Assembly: GCF_006345805.1 (NCBI RefSeq)
Contig: NW_021835937.1
Coordinates: forward strand, 1-37,119
Direction of reading: 5' to 3'
Origin: Octopus sinensis
Lineage: Eukaryota
DNA length: 37,119 nt
Part shown: piece by piece, positions 1-12,925 of the stretch
Numbering within the stretch: the first letter of the stretch is position 1
Layout: each line of letters starts with the position of its first letter
Made by a program: the position numbers and the translations under genes
Notes under the pieces: model-generated
What the model was told of the DNA's origin: nothing
The model's input: only the letters and a program-made list of their open reading frames with translations
Databases searched by the model: none

Positions 1-560
1 AAATTAATTAAAAAACATAAAATTTCTGATTTTTTTGAATATAAATAATTTTATGTATTTAGTCATTTGTATATAAAAAGAAATATTTAATCTATTTTGT
101 AAGTTCATGTTTCAACTATAAAATATTATTTAAATTGCCGACCATAAAATCGGCGGATTCGAGAGGTTTTACTGTACTACTATTAAACTAATGAAAAAAT
201 ATATCAATAATTTTCGACGTTAACAAATTGAAATCATTTTTCACGATAAAGTATGATTTTTAGTTTGTACGTGCGAGAAAAAAGGAAGAGAAAAGTCTGG
301 GAATTTGTCTTATTTGACGGTGTCTCAAATAAAAAACAGAAACATACCTGTTTTCCGGGAATGAACAAATATGAAATCATTTTTATGAAATTTTCGATTT
401 TTCCTTACATGAGGAAACTTTTAATCATTGTTTGATCAAACTTAAAAAAAACTTCAATTAAAATTATAATATTCCAAATTCATTATTTATAATAGATAAT
501 GCTCGCACACACAATTATAAATTATTAACTGAAATCATGCAAGTTTTAATCTGAATGTTT

Positions 561-623
561 ACTAATCGAATGAAGAAGCTAAAGAAGAAGGAACTGTCCG
601 TGCTGATCAGCAGTAGCCTCCAA
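561..623. repeat. 63-bp dispersed repeat, copy 1 (copy 2 at 36458-36520, same orientation)
   Basis: ACTAATCGAATGAAGAAG...GAACTGTCCGTGCTGATC...AGCCTCCAA matches 36458-36520 at 59/63 positions by manual alignment; origin unknown. Confidence 0.85.
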
Positions 624-690
624 TTGAGCTAATAAAAACCATCCATTAAATAGTAGTAAGTTTAATTGAATAAATTGAATGAATTATTAT

Positions 691-1473
691 TTATTTAAAA
701 GGAGAAGCCGAAAAAAGAGAGAAACAATTAATGAGAAAATATGCCTCTTTTCTTTGTTTCCCTCTTTTTTGGTTTAATTCCGGGTCTTTTATCTCCTGAG
801 GGACGGGTTGGTCCAGCCTGAGCCCATTTGCCAATTTTATGGCATATCGTCTTTTCGAGTTTAGCGATAAAGCCATTCCTTTCAGCAGTAGGGTACCATA
901 TCTCGAACCCGTAGGTAAGAACTGGTTCTACACATGTTTTATAAACAAATAAAAATGTTTCTGGGCTAAGGTGGAAGTGAATTATGCTCCCAAGAATTTG
1001 AGCGCATTTCCTCCTCCTCGAATCGATGTATCTGAGGTAAGAACCCTTGACTAAAACTTCAACTTCAAGGTATTTTAGGTTCTCGGTTACTGTAAATCCA
1101 TGGAGGTTTCTCGGTGGTTTTCGTTTTTCTTCCTATTTCACAATCCAAGTGGCGATGCACTTTTCTTTTGTGGGTGTCAATACGTTTGATACCACTCTCC
1201 CACTCTTGACACGTACTCTTTCAATTTCGTCCACGAGATGTCTTTTCTCTACGAAGTATCCGTTATTGATATGTTGTCCGCGTAGGTCATAAAATGACTA
1301 CTGGAATCGACTGGTCTTGGGATGTTGGCAATGTAGATATTGAATAGAAGTAAGTTTAATTTCCTCCGTAGTTTTAATACATTTTTATAATGTGTCTGAA
1401 AGAGGCATTTTAGGCGTCCAAATGCTTTAAAGACAAGTGATTCTAATAATACAAGCCAAATATTCTGAGACAA
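691..1473 (-). mobile_element. Degraded non-LTR retrotransposon (LINE) RT/C-terminal fragment
   Basis: Minus-strand translation gives LLFNIYIANIP...FMTYADNISIT (RT motifs 4-5, YADD-like), then LKYLEV and YKTCVEPVLTYGFEIW (post-RT LINE motifs), with frameshifts and stops. Confidence 0.6.
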
Positions 1474-1507
1474 AGAAAGCTTGAAGTGAGATTAAATTAA
1501 GATCAAA

Positions 1508-2888
1508 TCAATTTTTAGGTTTTCGGGTCCACGGTGTAACAGATTTTGGATATATTTTGGGTCCAGTGTATCCCTCACGGTTCCACACCGTCCTGGGCCT
1601 ACTCTCAGCAGGTGCGTCATCAAGACCAAGAACAGACCGAACATTACTGTCAGTCTCCTTTTCCTCCTTCTTTTCCCCATTAGTCCGCTGCTTTCCCCAC
1701 ACACCTTTGGCAGGTTTTGGTTTAATCACTTCTGGCCACTGAGCCTTCTCGTCTTCTTCCGTTGACGGTGTATTTGCGGAGACACGTGGACGGGGAGGAG
1801 GGGGAGTTGGGCCGAAAACATTCGAATAAATATTCTTCTTGGGGATTCTGCCAAGTCGGGAAGCCCAAAACCCACGCGGCATATTCCTTCGAGACACAGT
1901 CAGGGGATCGACCCTCAGCTCTGAGAAAAACGCAAATTCGCTAAGATCTTCTGTGTTTTCCCCAGAATTAGGATTTGGTGGGGTTGTGATGAAGTCGACG
2001 TAGTTTCGTGTGCAGTCCCCTGAGCAGTGCTGTGATGCAATGTGAAGATTCAGCTCCACTTCAGTGCTAAAGGCATTCAAAGGTCTCTGGTAGTAGCACA
2101 TATCAATCCGGCACACGAAATGAGTGGAATCCAAATGGTTATCCAAATCAGGCAAATCTCTATATTTAATTAATATACATATATTATAATTGAATTATTT
2201 AAATTGTAAATTATTTAAATTAATAACCTGAAAAAAACAAATGTTTCTGGACATAGTGGGCAGTAGTGGTGATCCAATTTTTGATGCGAATAAAGAGCAT
2301 TTGAGTCAAAAAAGCGCTTGTGGCATATTTTGCACGACGGATGCAGAGGAATATTCTGTTCAGCACAGTCGTAGCCCTCACTCCGGTGTCTGGCCAAATC
2401 CTGCCGAGTATAGTTCCTCCTCTCGTGCGTAAAGAGCTTAAATACACACAAAAACCAAACTTTGCAGTTATCAGTGCACAGGTCACAGTAATAGAGACCA
2501 TGGCACTTCTCCATGTGCACAACGTAGTTGGAAAAGAACCGAAATCGAGCCCTGTGTTGACAGAACTCGCACATGTGGTCGATCAGGTCGCACAAGTCGT
2601 AGTACGCGTCCTCGTCCTCTGCATATATAGAAGATTCTTTGATATTTATATATTTTGAGGTATCCACTGTGCTGAATTCTGTCCATTCGTTTTTGATTAT
2701 TAGCTTATGTGAGTTGGATTAATGTAAACCTTGTCATTCTGGTTACGACAGACTGGACAGGCGTTGTCGTTGCATAGGACTCGTAGTCTGGCAGCACAGG
2801 TGTAGCAGAGGCAGTGGTTGCATTCGCCGTATGCAAAAAGTTCGATGTTGTCCATGCAAATGGGACATTGTATATCATCAGTGGACAT
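1508..2888 (-). CDS. ZNF598: E3 ubiquitin ligase ZNF598/Hel2 homolog (RING plus C2H2 array), multi-exon
   Basis: CPICMDNIELFAYGECNHCLCYTCAARLRVLCNDNACPVCR RING, then FTHERRNYTRQDLARH, HPSCKICHKRFFD, HHYCPLC, THFVC, AFSTEVELNLH, matching ZNF598 order. Introns: about 2704-2729 (26 nt), 2437-2460 (24 nt), 2160-2227 (68 nt). Confidence 0.87.
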
Positions 2889-3059
2889 GACACTACAACA
2901 GCGTAGTTTGAATTATCTATTTATTTAAAGTAGATATTATAAATTTGCAATTTAAATTGATATTAAATTAAATATTTTATTCTGAATGATTCATTATTCA
3001 TTCATTAGATCAGAATAATTCATAAACATGTCAATATAATCTAATTTATATATTTTTGA

Positions 3060-3875
3060 TTACTTATTTGTGGTTTATTGACTCTTCCAACCCAGGAGAG
3101 TAGATGTCGTCTCTTTTGTAGTGTTTAAAATATCCTCTCAAGTGAAAACCTAGGAGAAGCTGGTGGAGAATTTTAAATCTGGTAGACAAATCGATATTCG
3201 TATTTAATCTTTGAAAAACTATTAATTCAGATTGATCAAAACAAATCAATAAAAACAGAATTTAAAAAGAAAACAAGAATTAAAATTCCATTTCAATATG
3301 TAATTGATAACATTGAATAAAATTCATGCCAATATTGAAGATCTCCAGAGATTACATTTCCAAGACATCAGAAATTAATGTTGGCAGTCAACCACGAGAA
3401 TGGTCTTTACACATTTTTAATCCAAAAGAGAGCAAACACTCTTGACTTTACTTTTAAACCTGCATGCCGTGCTTATATAAATTGGTCATAAAATGTGTGA
3501 ATAAAACAATATATGCTGATTATGATTTGAAGAGCAACATCGCAGGTCTATTTAGATTTAAAAATTCTTACTTCGATATGTCGGTGAATTTGTTAATCAA
3601 TTATTCGTGATTATTCTCAAATTTATTAATAAAACCTTTGCAGTTAACTTTTTTGGAGCTAGCGTTAGAATAAATATATTAAAATAAAGTTTCTTTTAAA
3701 TAACCCAAAAATCTAATTTCCAGCCAACTGCCAAGAAAATTAAAAATATTTAAAAGATAAAGAATATTTATGTGGAAGACAACTTTGCTCGGCGGAGACA
3801 TAGAGAGCGAGGAAAGCGAGGGACTAGCAGCAAATTCTCTTAAAAAGAATAGAACGATTTTCAACAATATGGAGT
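3060..3875. other. Possible unidentified multi-exon gene (strand uncertain)
   Basis: Stretches of higher complexity with short open frames and GT..AG segments of about 30 nt; no recognisable domain. Confidence 0.2.
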
Positions 3876-4587
3876 GAAAACCTTAATTAAATAGTGTAGC
3901 CTTAGTTAAATTTTGTTCTTTTTGTGATTAATATAAATAATCCACACAATTAAGCAAAAACTAGAAAAAATCCTTAATGTCTCACATTTAAAATTAATTA
4001 AAATAACTAACTTGTCTGTTGTCCTCTCTCTTGCTCTTGAAAAAAATTGTGTGATTGGCACAAATGAAACCTTAAGTACTTACGTGCTTCTGGCTTCGCT
4101 GACGTGCTGTTGTTAAAAAATATTTAATCGGAAGAACAAAATTCCAATGAATCAATAATTAATTATGTGATTTTCAAAATTTGACAGTTTGATTTGAATT
4201 AATTAAATAATCTCTTTGAAGAAAGAAGCAATTTTATGGACCAAACAAAAAAAACATATATGGCCACAATCATGATTTTTTGCATTTTAAATATGAAACA
4301 AGCATACTTGGAAATAGAGTTATTTTTGATGAATAGGAAAAAGAAAAGGTTGCACTCAAAGCTTGAACATTTTCGCATTTTAAATATTTGACTAAAACGA
4401 TGCAAAGCGACGTAAAATATAATGTTGCATTCAGTTACACTAGATGGCATTATGAGGTGTATTATTATGCATTTATATCGGAGATTTAAAATTTAAAAGC
4501 CTAAAAGATTGACAAATCACTCCACTTATTATGTCAGATAACTTTGCGGAAATGTAAAAGGTTGCCCATGTCACATAACATGCCTCC

Positions 4588-5600
4588 TTGACGTCAAAAA
4601 GCGAATTTAATATGGATCATTAAAGTGGTGTTTTTTATATTGTTCATTAATCTCTTTGAAATCACATAAAAGTTAGACATTTTTTTCAATCTGGGTAAGT
4701 ATGTTTCTTTTTAGTTTAAAATTGAGTTTATTATTACTAGCATTTTGGAAGAGCAAAAAAGTGATTTATTTAATTGAGGTCCAGTTTGTGTCGTACTTTA
4801 CTTGAGGTTATTCTTTCTTCCCCAAATCTTTTAACTAACATCCTCCAAGATCCACGGTTCTTTGCAATTTCTCTGAGCATATCCAAATTATCACCCGTTT
4901 TCAGCTTTTGTCTTACATTGGTCAGGTAGCACCTCTGGCAAACGTAAGTGAGGTCCTCACGGATTGAGTTGTTCAGTTTTCGCCAGAAATAGTTCTCCAT
5001 TGCTATGTTGCCAGGTGTCATCTGATCCATCAAAGGGTTTGACCAAATTGACGCATCTTGATTCGGTGATATCCACCAGGCTCAGTAGTCTTGTATCAAA
5101 TATTTTGTATAGATGCTCGCTTGCTATTTTCTTTGACCAGTTGATGCCAAGCAACAGACGGAGTGGTTTACAATAGAAGGACTCTAGTTTATCCATTAAG
5201 GCTTGCGAGACTTCCCAAGTTACAGCATTGTACGTTTTACAAAGGCATCGTATAGTCTTACATGTAATTGTGTGCTGATTTGTTTACGATGAACCCAGAC
5301 TGCTCCCATTTTTTTGAAGGCCGCGACGGCCAATTTGTTGTTAATGATATCTACAGGATCTCCAAGCAGCGACCCCAGTTTTTTACAATATCTCCAATTT
5401 TCATCAATTTGAGTTAATTCTCGGCGTATTTTGTCGGCACTGTCTTCGCGACATTAATTTTGATGAACCATTTTTCCAACACATCTGGCATCCTTGTCCA
5501 TATATGGTTTAATGTTTTCTCGTCGCTGGATATATAAGTCTGAAGTTTCTGAGCGCTTCCAGATTTGTCACAAAAAGTACTGGTGACAAGGAATTTAAAA
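4588..5600 (-). mobile_element. RTE-like LINE 3' portion (RT C-terminus plus 3' UTR), degraded
   Basis: KINVAKT, WRYCKKLGSLLGD, RLYDAFVK, GDNLDMLREIAKNRGSWRML; about 330 bp (4588-4915) is the reverse complement of 34655-34994. Confidence 0.8.
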
Positions 5601-5768
5601 TGTGAATCGACGGATTTTAGAATGAGTTAATTATTTGTGGTTATTCAAAAAGATTTATGAGTCTTATTCAGTATTTAGCATGCTATTTTAGTGTTGATTA
5701 TTTACGAACTTTCACAAAGTTCAACCATTTTTTAAAGAATTAATTATGTAAATTCTATCTTAAATTAT

Positions 5769-6510
5769 TTAAGAATCCAGATCGTCAGTGATTTCTCTTC
5801 TTCGCTTGGAAGAAGAGTTTGCAACAAAATTCTCATCATTTTTCATTTCTGCGTCAAAGTAATTGTTCAACTGAGTGTCCTCGCGACATGCCAGCTCTGC
5901 AAGTTGATTGGCGGCAGAGGCGTACTCCTCGTTGTCTACCTTAATCCCATGTCTGTGCTCGATAAACATACTCTCTAGCGTCCTTTTCAGCACAACAGAC
6001 TGGATGTATGTCCTCGTTCCTTCTTCAGTGGATAACTTGTCCATATGAGTTTTAAAGAACTTTGAGACAACTCCATCCCATGTCAAGACAATTGGAATAA
6101 TCTTCACTTTTGCTTCATAGAGAACTGACAGTTCGTCTGCAAAGAGGTCGTATTTGTTAAATTTCTCCACTTCAACTTGCTTTAAACGGTCTTGCGAGGT
6201 AACTCCCACTTCGATTAAATGAATTTCTCTTTTCCTCTTGTCATAAACAAAAATATCAGGTTTATTGAATTGGACTTTCGTTTCAGTCATAATTGACGTG
6301 TCAACTCTGATTTCGACATTTTGGGTCGACATTATTGACACAACCGAATGTCCTTTCAATTTCCTGCTTCGTTTAAACCATACATTCGACACAAGTGGAG
6401 ATGAATATACTTTACCATTCGTTTTGTCTTCGGAGATAATCACTGTTTAGCATCCTACCACACCGCGGGGCTAGATGGTCAACAGTCTGCCTGCTTTTTT
6501 TGGAAAATAA
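5769..6510 (-). mobile_element. R4/R2-type non-LTR retrotransposon 3' part: CCHC knuckle remnant plus restriction-like endonuclease
   Basis: TVDHLAPRCGRML..DYLRRQNE (CCHC-region remnant, 6420-6500), then a 224-aa frame with KPDIFVYDK...LIEVGVTSQD...EKFNKYD...IIPIVLTWDGVV (PD-(D/E)xK RLE). Confidence 0.82.
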
Positions 6511-6559
6511 ACTTGTTAATTTATAAAAGTAAAAAGATATCCAAGCTAATAAATGGCCT

Positions 6560-7900
6560 CACGAAACAGCCGGCCTTCGCAGCAGTTTGGGACACCGACC
6601 CCGAGTTGGACGGGGAAAAACTCCTGAGACAAAAAGGGGACAATTGCGTGGCACAGAAGTTTGGCAGAGAGCCTCCGAAAGATATTCCCAACGGCAATGG
6701 GTCTCACGCCGTTGTCCTTTTTCCCAAGGGCAGTAAGGTTGGCGGAAAAGAAAATTCCACGTGCAAAGTCAGGGAGAGAGCCGGAAATAAAACGGTTGCA
6801 CAAGTTGGTAATTGAGCGTAGCAACCTCCGTCCAGTTTCGGCGGTGGTGTGAGAAGTTAGATCTTTTAGATGACCAGGCCTCAGGCCGTCTACTCCACCG
6901 CTGCTTCCTGGGGAAAAATTCCTCAAGGCTTTCAGTACGAGGTCTTCCGAGACCATGAAGGGATTGACAGAGAGAGTGGCAGGAGGCGGCTGAGGTCTCA
7001 AGTCGTGGGGCTGAGAGGGATGTTTTTCTCTGAGAGATTTCAGAACTGCGGGTGTCGATGACAAAAGGGAACTCGACGAGGCGACAAGCCTGACAGTACC
7101 GCGGACATCGCCGTCCATAAGTTTGCAATTAACTTTTCTGTAGAGGTAGTCGTCATCGTACGGAGGTGCATTCCGATTTGGGGATTAAGGGAGACTCTGA
7201 ATTGGCGAGATAGGCCTGGAGCCAGCCAGAAGAAAAACAGTTCCCGTCGTACGAGGACAGTTCATGTTTGACGGTCGTAGCAAGCGAGGGGGAGGTTTTG
7301 TTACTGGATGGGAGAAAGCCGAGGCCGAAAGAGGCAAAGCAGAACAACCTAAGCCAATAAGATTGCCCGTCGGAGGCCAGCGTCATTAATTGAGGTGGAC
7401 AAAGAGGAAGCAGCTAGGATACGAGCAGCTTTTGGGATTCTGTACGGGATTTGCCGGAGGCGGCGGAGGAGTTTGATGGATTTGAGAACAAAAGGGCTAG
7501 AATGGGTCCCGAATACAGGGTCAGAGAAAGGAAAGGAATCTGCGGAGCAGCGAGTGCCGAGAGTGGCAATGGCGGATGGGGGTGAAAGTAATGGAGTGCC
7601 GGAAAGACAAGCGGGACAGACCCAAGCTGGAATACGTTCCGAAGTGCGGCGGGAAAGGGAGACACAAGAAAGATGAAAGAACAGAGAACACGATGAGCAG
7701 AGACGGCCCTTCTTTCTTTTGTTAACCATGTTGCAGATTGAGCAGGGGGAAACGGGATTAAAATTGGGATGAGATGAAGGAAATAAAAGAATGAGAACAG
7801 AACGAATAATGGATAGAAAGAAATAGACAGAGAAAGATTAGATGGATAGGAAAGGATTAGATAGATCAGAAATATTACATAGAAACAACAGATAATTGAA
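6560..7900 (-). mobile_element. CRE-clade non-LTR retrotransposon 5' half: pyrimidine-rich leader, PHD finger, start of RT
   Basis: ATG 7729 CSSCSLFFHLSCV...WVCPAC (PHD), IPKAARILAA, KALRNFSPGSSGGVDGLRPGHLKDL, ANLTALGKKDNGVRPIAVGNIFRRL, QLGVGV; breaks off near 6560. Confidence 0.8.
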
Positions 7901-8062
7901 TAACAAATAAACAGAAAAAGTCACCACAACAACAGCGTGCGCAAATTGGATTGATAATTATCGCATTTTCAAACTGACTAGAGTTGCTGTAACGCCGCTG
8001 TATTCAATATAAATAGGACATTATGAGTACAATATTTATTACATAAATATATGTTAAATTGT

Positions 8063-11000
8063 TTACACAATTGGGAGTGGAGGATATAGAACACACTCTT
8101 CCTTAGGGTCTTCCTTGGGCTCATCTTTCTCGGTCAACTCTCCCACCAACTCAGGTGCAAGTTGCCTCAGTCGTTCCACAGTCTCGACCAACAATTCGGA
8201 ACCCGATTCCTGACGACAGAGCAACCTCATCGACTTGACAACCATCAAAACAGTCTTAAACTGATCTAAAATGCCATTTCTCTGAGAAATAGATAAGCCA
8301 AATTAACCAATGACTCGTTCTTGTCTGACGAGGCTGCCATTGCACAAACCAATTCGACAATTTTCTTCCAAAAAACACCAAAGCTGTCACAACTCGCAAA
8401 AAAGTTGACATTTCTTATAAAAATCTGAGGATATAAAAAATAAAAATACTTTGCAGAGCATGGAAACAGCCCTTATCCTCACCACGTCCTCCCCTTCCTG
8501 ACTGCGAGCCAACATTCGACTGAATATAGGGAAAATGATCTGAAATAGCCACACAACAGCACACCATGCTAAAACACTGATTCCACGTCTGACTGCCAAT
8601 GACGAACAACCGGTCATGCACAAGAGACTTTTGAATGCAGTCGAATGAGTACAATCTGATAACAGGACGATCGTCCTGAGTGTATAGTGCCATTTCTATG
8701 TAGTTCATCAGAATATACGGCTTAGGAGAACACGCCACCAGTCAGAACTCTTCACTCTCTCTGAACTAGCCAACTGCACACAAACAGAACTGGTCGCGTC
8801 CATAACCTGCAGAATACACATTCAAATCAACTTTCAGTGATAGTTTTGACAAATATTCCGTGGCTACTGAGGGTTCGACGTCCTGTAACGTTTTCTCCTT
8901 CTCAGTGTGACCTATTTAGTTCAAATTGTCAAAATAACATTGATAGACGGCCGAACACAGAGCTGCTATGAAATGGACGAATGATTCCAGGTGGGTCACC
9001 TCTGCACAAAACCCCCCGTTCACAAGCTGCTCGAGGATATCCACTCCGATAGACAGTTTGGTCATCTGTATTGCCCCGATGGGGATTCGGTCAGTGCTCA
9101 CATAGTCAAACCACCGACTCAAATCATCGCCGGCGGAACATTGAGTCTCTAAATGGAATTTCAACATTATTGGACAAACTTTGCTGACAGTGACTTATCA
9201 AATTATCAGGCAGGACCACACAGGCAGTGAATACTTCAATGACCAGAAAACATATTGGGAGACCGTCGGAACACTCCAGCAGTAAATAATGATTCTGCAG
9301 GAAAGTGGCCACGAAACCCACAAGCAGCAAAGATGTCCGGGAATACTCTATTTTGTCCAAATTCAAAGACAAGAAACAAGTCATTAAGCTCATCACCTCC
9401 AGAATTAAATAGTCCTTTTACCTCATATGGAATCACCTCCTGGTTTATGAAGGAAGTAAGTATTCGGAGATACCCGTGGATGACTTCCTCCACCAGTAAG
9501 GCCGGATAAGCAGAACTGGTAACCAAATGAAGCACACATGTTTTGACTGACTGGAAAAACAGTGACAGTCGATCTCTGTTAATGAATCCAACCACCCAAA
9601 CCGATTATTGATTGCAACTCGGACAAGAATGTCATAAAAAAGAAGAGAGGGTTCTGACATACTGCAACCGTGCACTCCCACTAGGCAATTTGGATCGAGA
9701 ATACAATCAGTCAGTATCTAAACAGGTCTGGGAGTTCTTGACTAACCTTAATAAATTCAACAAGGGATTGGCTGTGTAGGGACTTCATATTACTCACAAT
9801 CATTTCAATCTTCCATTCGGACACAATGCTCTGTGCCTTGCTCAATGATGGACATTCACCCCTCAAAGTGTTCTCGTTGTTGTTTGACGAAAAAAAGTTA
9901 AACAAAGACGAGAGTGCGCCTGTAGAGTTTTTTGAGGTTTTTTTGAGATCGAGAACTTTATTAAGAGAACGCTTCTTCCCACTTTCAAACAGACTGTCCA
10001 CCTGGAGTATATAAACAACGACCAACTTCAATCAAAGTTGATGGGAGGAGTCTGGCTGTGTATAAACTGAGGAGAGCCTCCAAAACATTCTTCCATCCAT
10101 CACGCATGAGATCCCCGTGCTGTGCCACCAAATCAAAAGCAGTTTTTCCAGCCAATTGCGCCTTCTCATTATTTGCAAAAATTTCGACAAAAGACGTTTT
10201 CCCGCCATTCTATTAAAAAATTGGTCAACCATTAAAAACGTGAGAATCATTAAGGAGATGCGACATTCTAAACAAGGCGATTGTGATCGAGTCAAAAATG
10301 GCAATCAAGTTAAAGTGGACTGCAATCGAAGCACATTTCCTAATCAATTAATGATATTTAATTAACTTGTAGGACTCGAGGATATCCTGTACTGACATTG
10401 CAGTTATTTCCTTATCAAAAACGTAAGATAGAGCAGCCACAGAAGAACTCCAGAAGAGAAGAAATATTTCAGAGTCACACAAACTCCCTTCAGCCTGGAT
10501 ATAACTGTCGTTGGTACAAGTTTCGTGTTTTTTCTACAAATAACAGCGACCAATACATTCCAGAGATATTTGTCTCTACTACTTCCACTCTTGGTGGCAG
10601 TTATTACAATCTCAGACATCCTAGACTACAAGCAGGTGACTAACTTGACAGAATTATATATCTGTTTGAGCATTTCTGTACATTCGTTCAGGTTTTTAGT
10701 CCCTCCGACACTCTCAATAAATTCCTGAGGAAATGAGCAATCAGGAAATACGTGACATGTCATTGGTTTGTTAGTGGCTTGTAGTAATTTGTTGTGCTGG
10801 TCCACGTTGAGGACCATTATTCCATTGGCCAGGAGAAATGCCTCGTCGTAACTCCCAAACACTCCCTCATTACACTTCTACCAATATCCACTCACCATCA
10901 CCATAAAACGCCTCACGAAGACCTCCAAAATATTCGCAATGACCGGGGCCTCGCCTGGCAAATGAAAGTCGTCGAGGAACTTCCGAATCGCAGAGTCCAT

Positions 11001-12925
11001 TCTCAGACCAGCAAAGTCATACGACCTATCATCATTGACATACAACACAACTCCAAGAAAGCTGTCAATACATCTCTGTTGCTCTGCTTGCCAAAGAATA
11101 TTCCGAGGGCAGTAATGTCGATATATTCGTAGTATTCTGATATAAAAGAGACCAAATCCGCGGGATCACAGCTCGGAACTGCCCCCAACTCCACAAGTCG
11201 TTGAAAACACCGGCTTGGACTGTCCCCAAACATTTTTATACACTCATGCACTCTCTGCAAATATTTTTGTGAAATAACCTTCTTGTGCTCCATTTTGTGA
11301 CTTATATCAACGGGGCTGAGTTTTTGTGGAGTTTGTAGAACACTGCAGTGGTTCCCGTGTCGATGTATCGTTCGGAATGTGTCTAAAACGTGGTTAGACA
11401 TTCCTACCTGACATGGGAGAGGACATTTGGTTCCGTTTGTAAATATGTTCGAGAGGAGACAACAGACTGCGGAGTGAAGACATGCAGCTGGCAGAAAAGA
11501 CACCATTCGAGGAAGATGTCCCAATAAATGACACTTGCTGCAATAAGTTACTCCCTCACCTTAAAAAGGGCCGAGATTATAAGTTCGAGGACATTGGCGG
11601 ACGAGGGGTGGCAATCATAGTTAACGTACAACTGGAGGGGCACATCTTCTTGACTCAGGAAGCCACACAACAGTTCACAGGCGAGGTCATTGGCCGCAGA
11701 CACACACGTCCCACTCCCCAGCCGGCCGACCAGTTTGACAATATATAACTGACCATTAATTTGAACACTACTTCGAATGGAATTCTCAAAAATGGCAGTA
11801 ACTTTGAAAACATGTTGAAGGACAGAATCAAAGACCGACTGAACAGATTGAATGAATTAGTCCCCGCCAACTAAATTAATTCATTGGTTAACCAATATAC
11901 AATAAATAGCTTTTTCGACATTTCTGTTCGAATGAGAGGAGTGAGGTGTGTCTGGGATGACAAATTAGGAGTTGAGAGGACAATCGAAAGCAATTCCAGA
12001 CCAAAAACAACTCGAATCTCGTCATTGTGTTTGTCTTCCACGTCAATCAGAGATACGAGAAATCTCAGAATCTCCCTCGTGCATTTGTTGGAGACTCGAC
12101 TATCCACTGAGGCATTAAGTAGCCCGTCAATACTCTCGGTGGTGTGGGAGTCCAAGGAAGAGGTGTCCTCGGCAGATGGTTTGTCTGGTTGAATCGAAAC
12201 TGAGGGCATATTTGTGAATATCAAATAAATTGAATCGGTTATTATTCCTTCTAATCTTTTACGAATCCACTCTTAAATAGTTAAGTATTAAATAAATATT
12301 GTAATTAAATAAAATTAATACTAACTGTTGAGGTGGAGGTCGAAATAAAACGAGAAGCACCACCGCAGAGAGTCGCAAATGAGACCACAAGACAGACAAG
12401 TAACCAAACTAGAAGTCAAAATTGCTCCAAAAATCTTTAAAAAAAACTTTCAGTGACCAACCTCCACAATATTGGCAACTAAAAATTCCCCATTTTCCCC
12501 ATCAGTGACACTTTTGATGCCAACAATCGAATTAACTGTGATGAAAGCGACATTCGACTTTACAGATCGGTCAATTTGGGCTAAAAATAGTCATTTCGAA
12601 TGTACAGTTGGACAGAAAATACAAAATCTTTTTTAGCGTTTTCAGGTTTAGGAGGGAGAATTCGATCGAGCATTCTGCAGAGCGGGATAGGGCGTCAACA
12701 AATGTCTTGATGACGGGAATAATGTCAAATTCTGTTTAAATTTAAATAAATTACTTTCGGTGCTGATATTTGTCTGTAAGGAATCGAATTCCTCGATTAT
12801 TTTGAGCATTGACTCTGTAATCTGGAATATGTATAAAATAGGTATTAAAGTACCATTTTTTGAGAAAAATTACATTTTAATAAATAAATGTGTGATTTTG
12901 TTAAGTCGAGAATATGGTTTGCCAT
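8063..12925 (-). CDS. GBF1: GBF1-type large Sec7 Arf-GEF (DCB, HUS, Sec7, HDS domains), many mini-introns
   Basis: EILRFLVSLIDVEDKHND, HUS box LYVNYDC (about 11625-11645), Sec7 GLRMDSAIRKFLDDFHLPGEAPVI with the catalytic Glu, LNVDQHN, KAQLAGKTAFDLVAQHGDLMRDGWKNV. Introns checked: 11026-11051 (26 nt), 12272-12325 (54 nt). Start at 12925 is inferred from DCB-like exons and is less certain. Confidence 0.9.

Noticed and set aside
6513-7676. Plus-strand ORFs such as 6513-6815 and 7395-7676, and similar ones over GBF1, PYG and the LINE
   Set aside because: Antisense shadow frames of GC-richer coding or TE sequence with no independent motifs.
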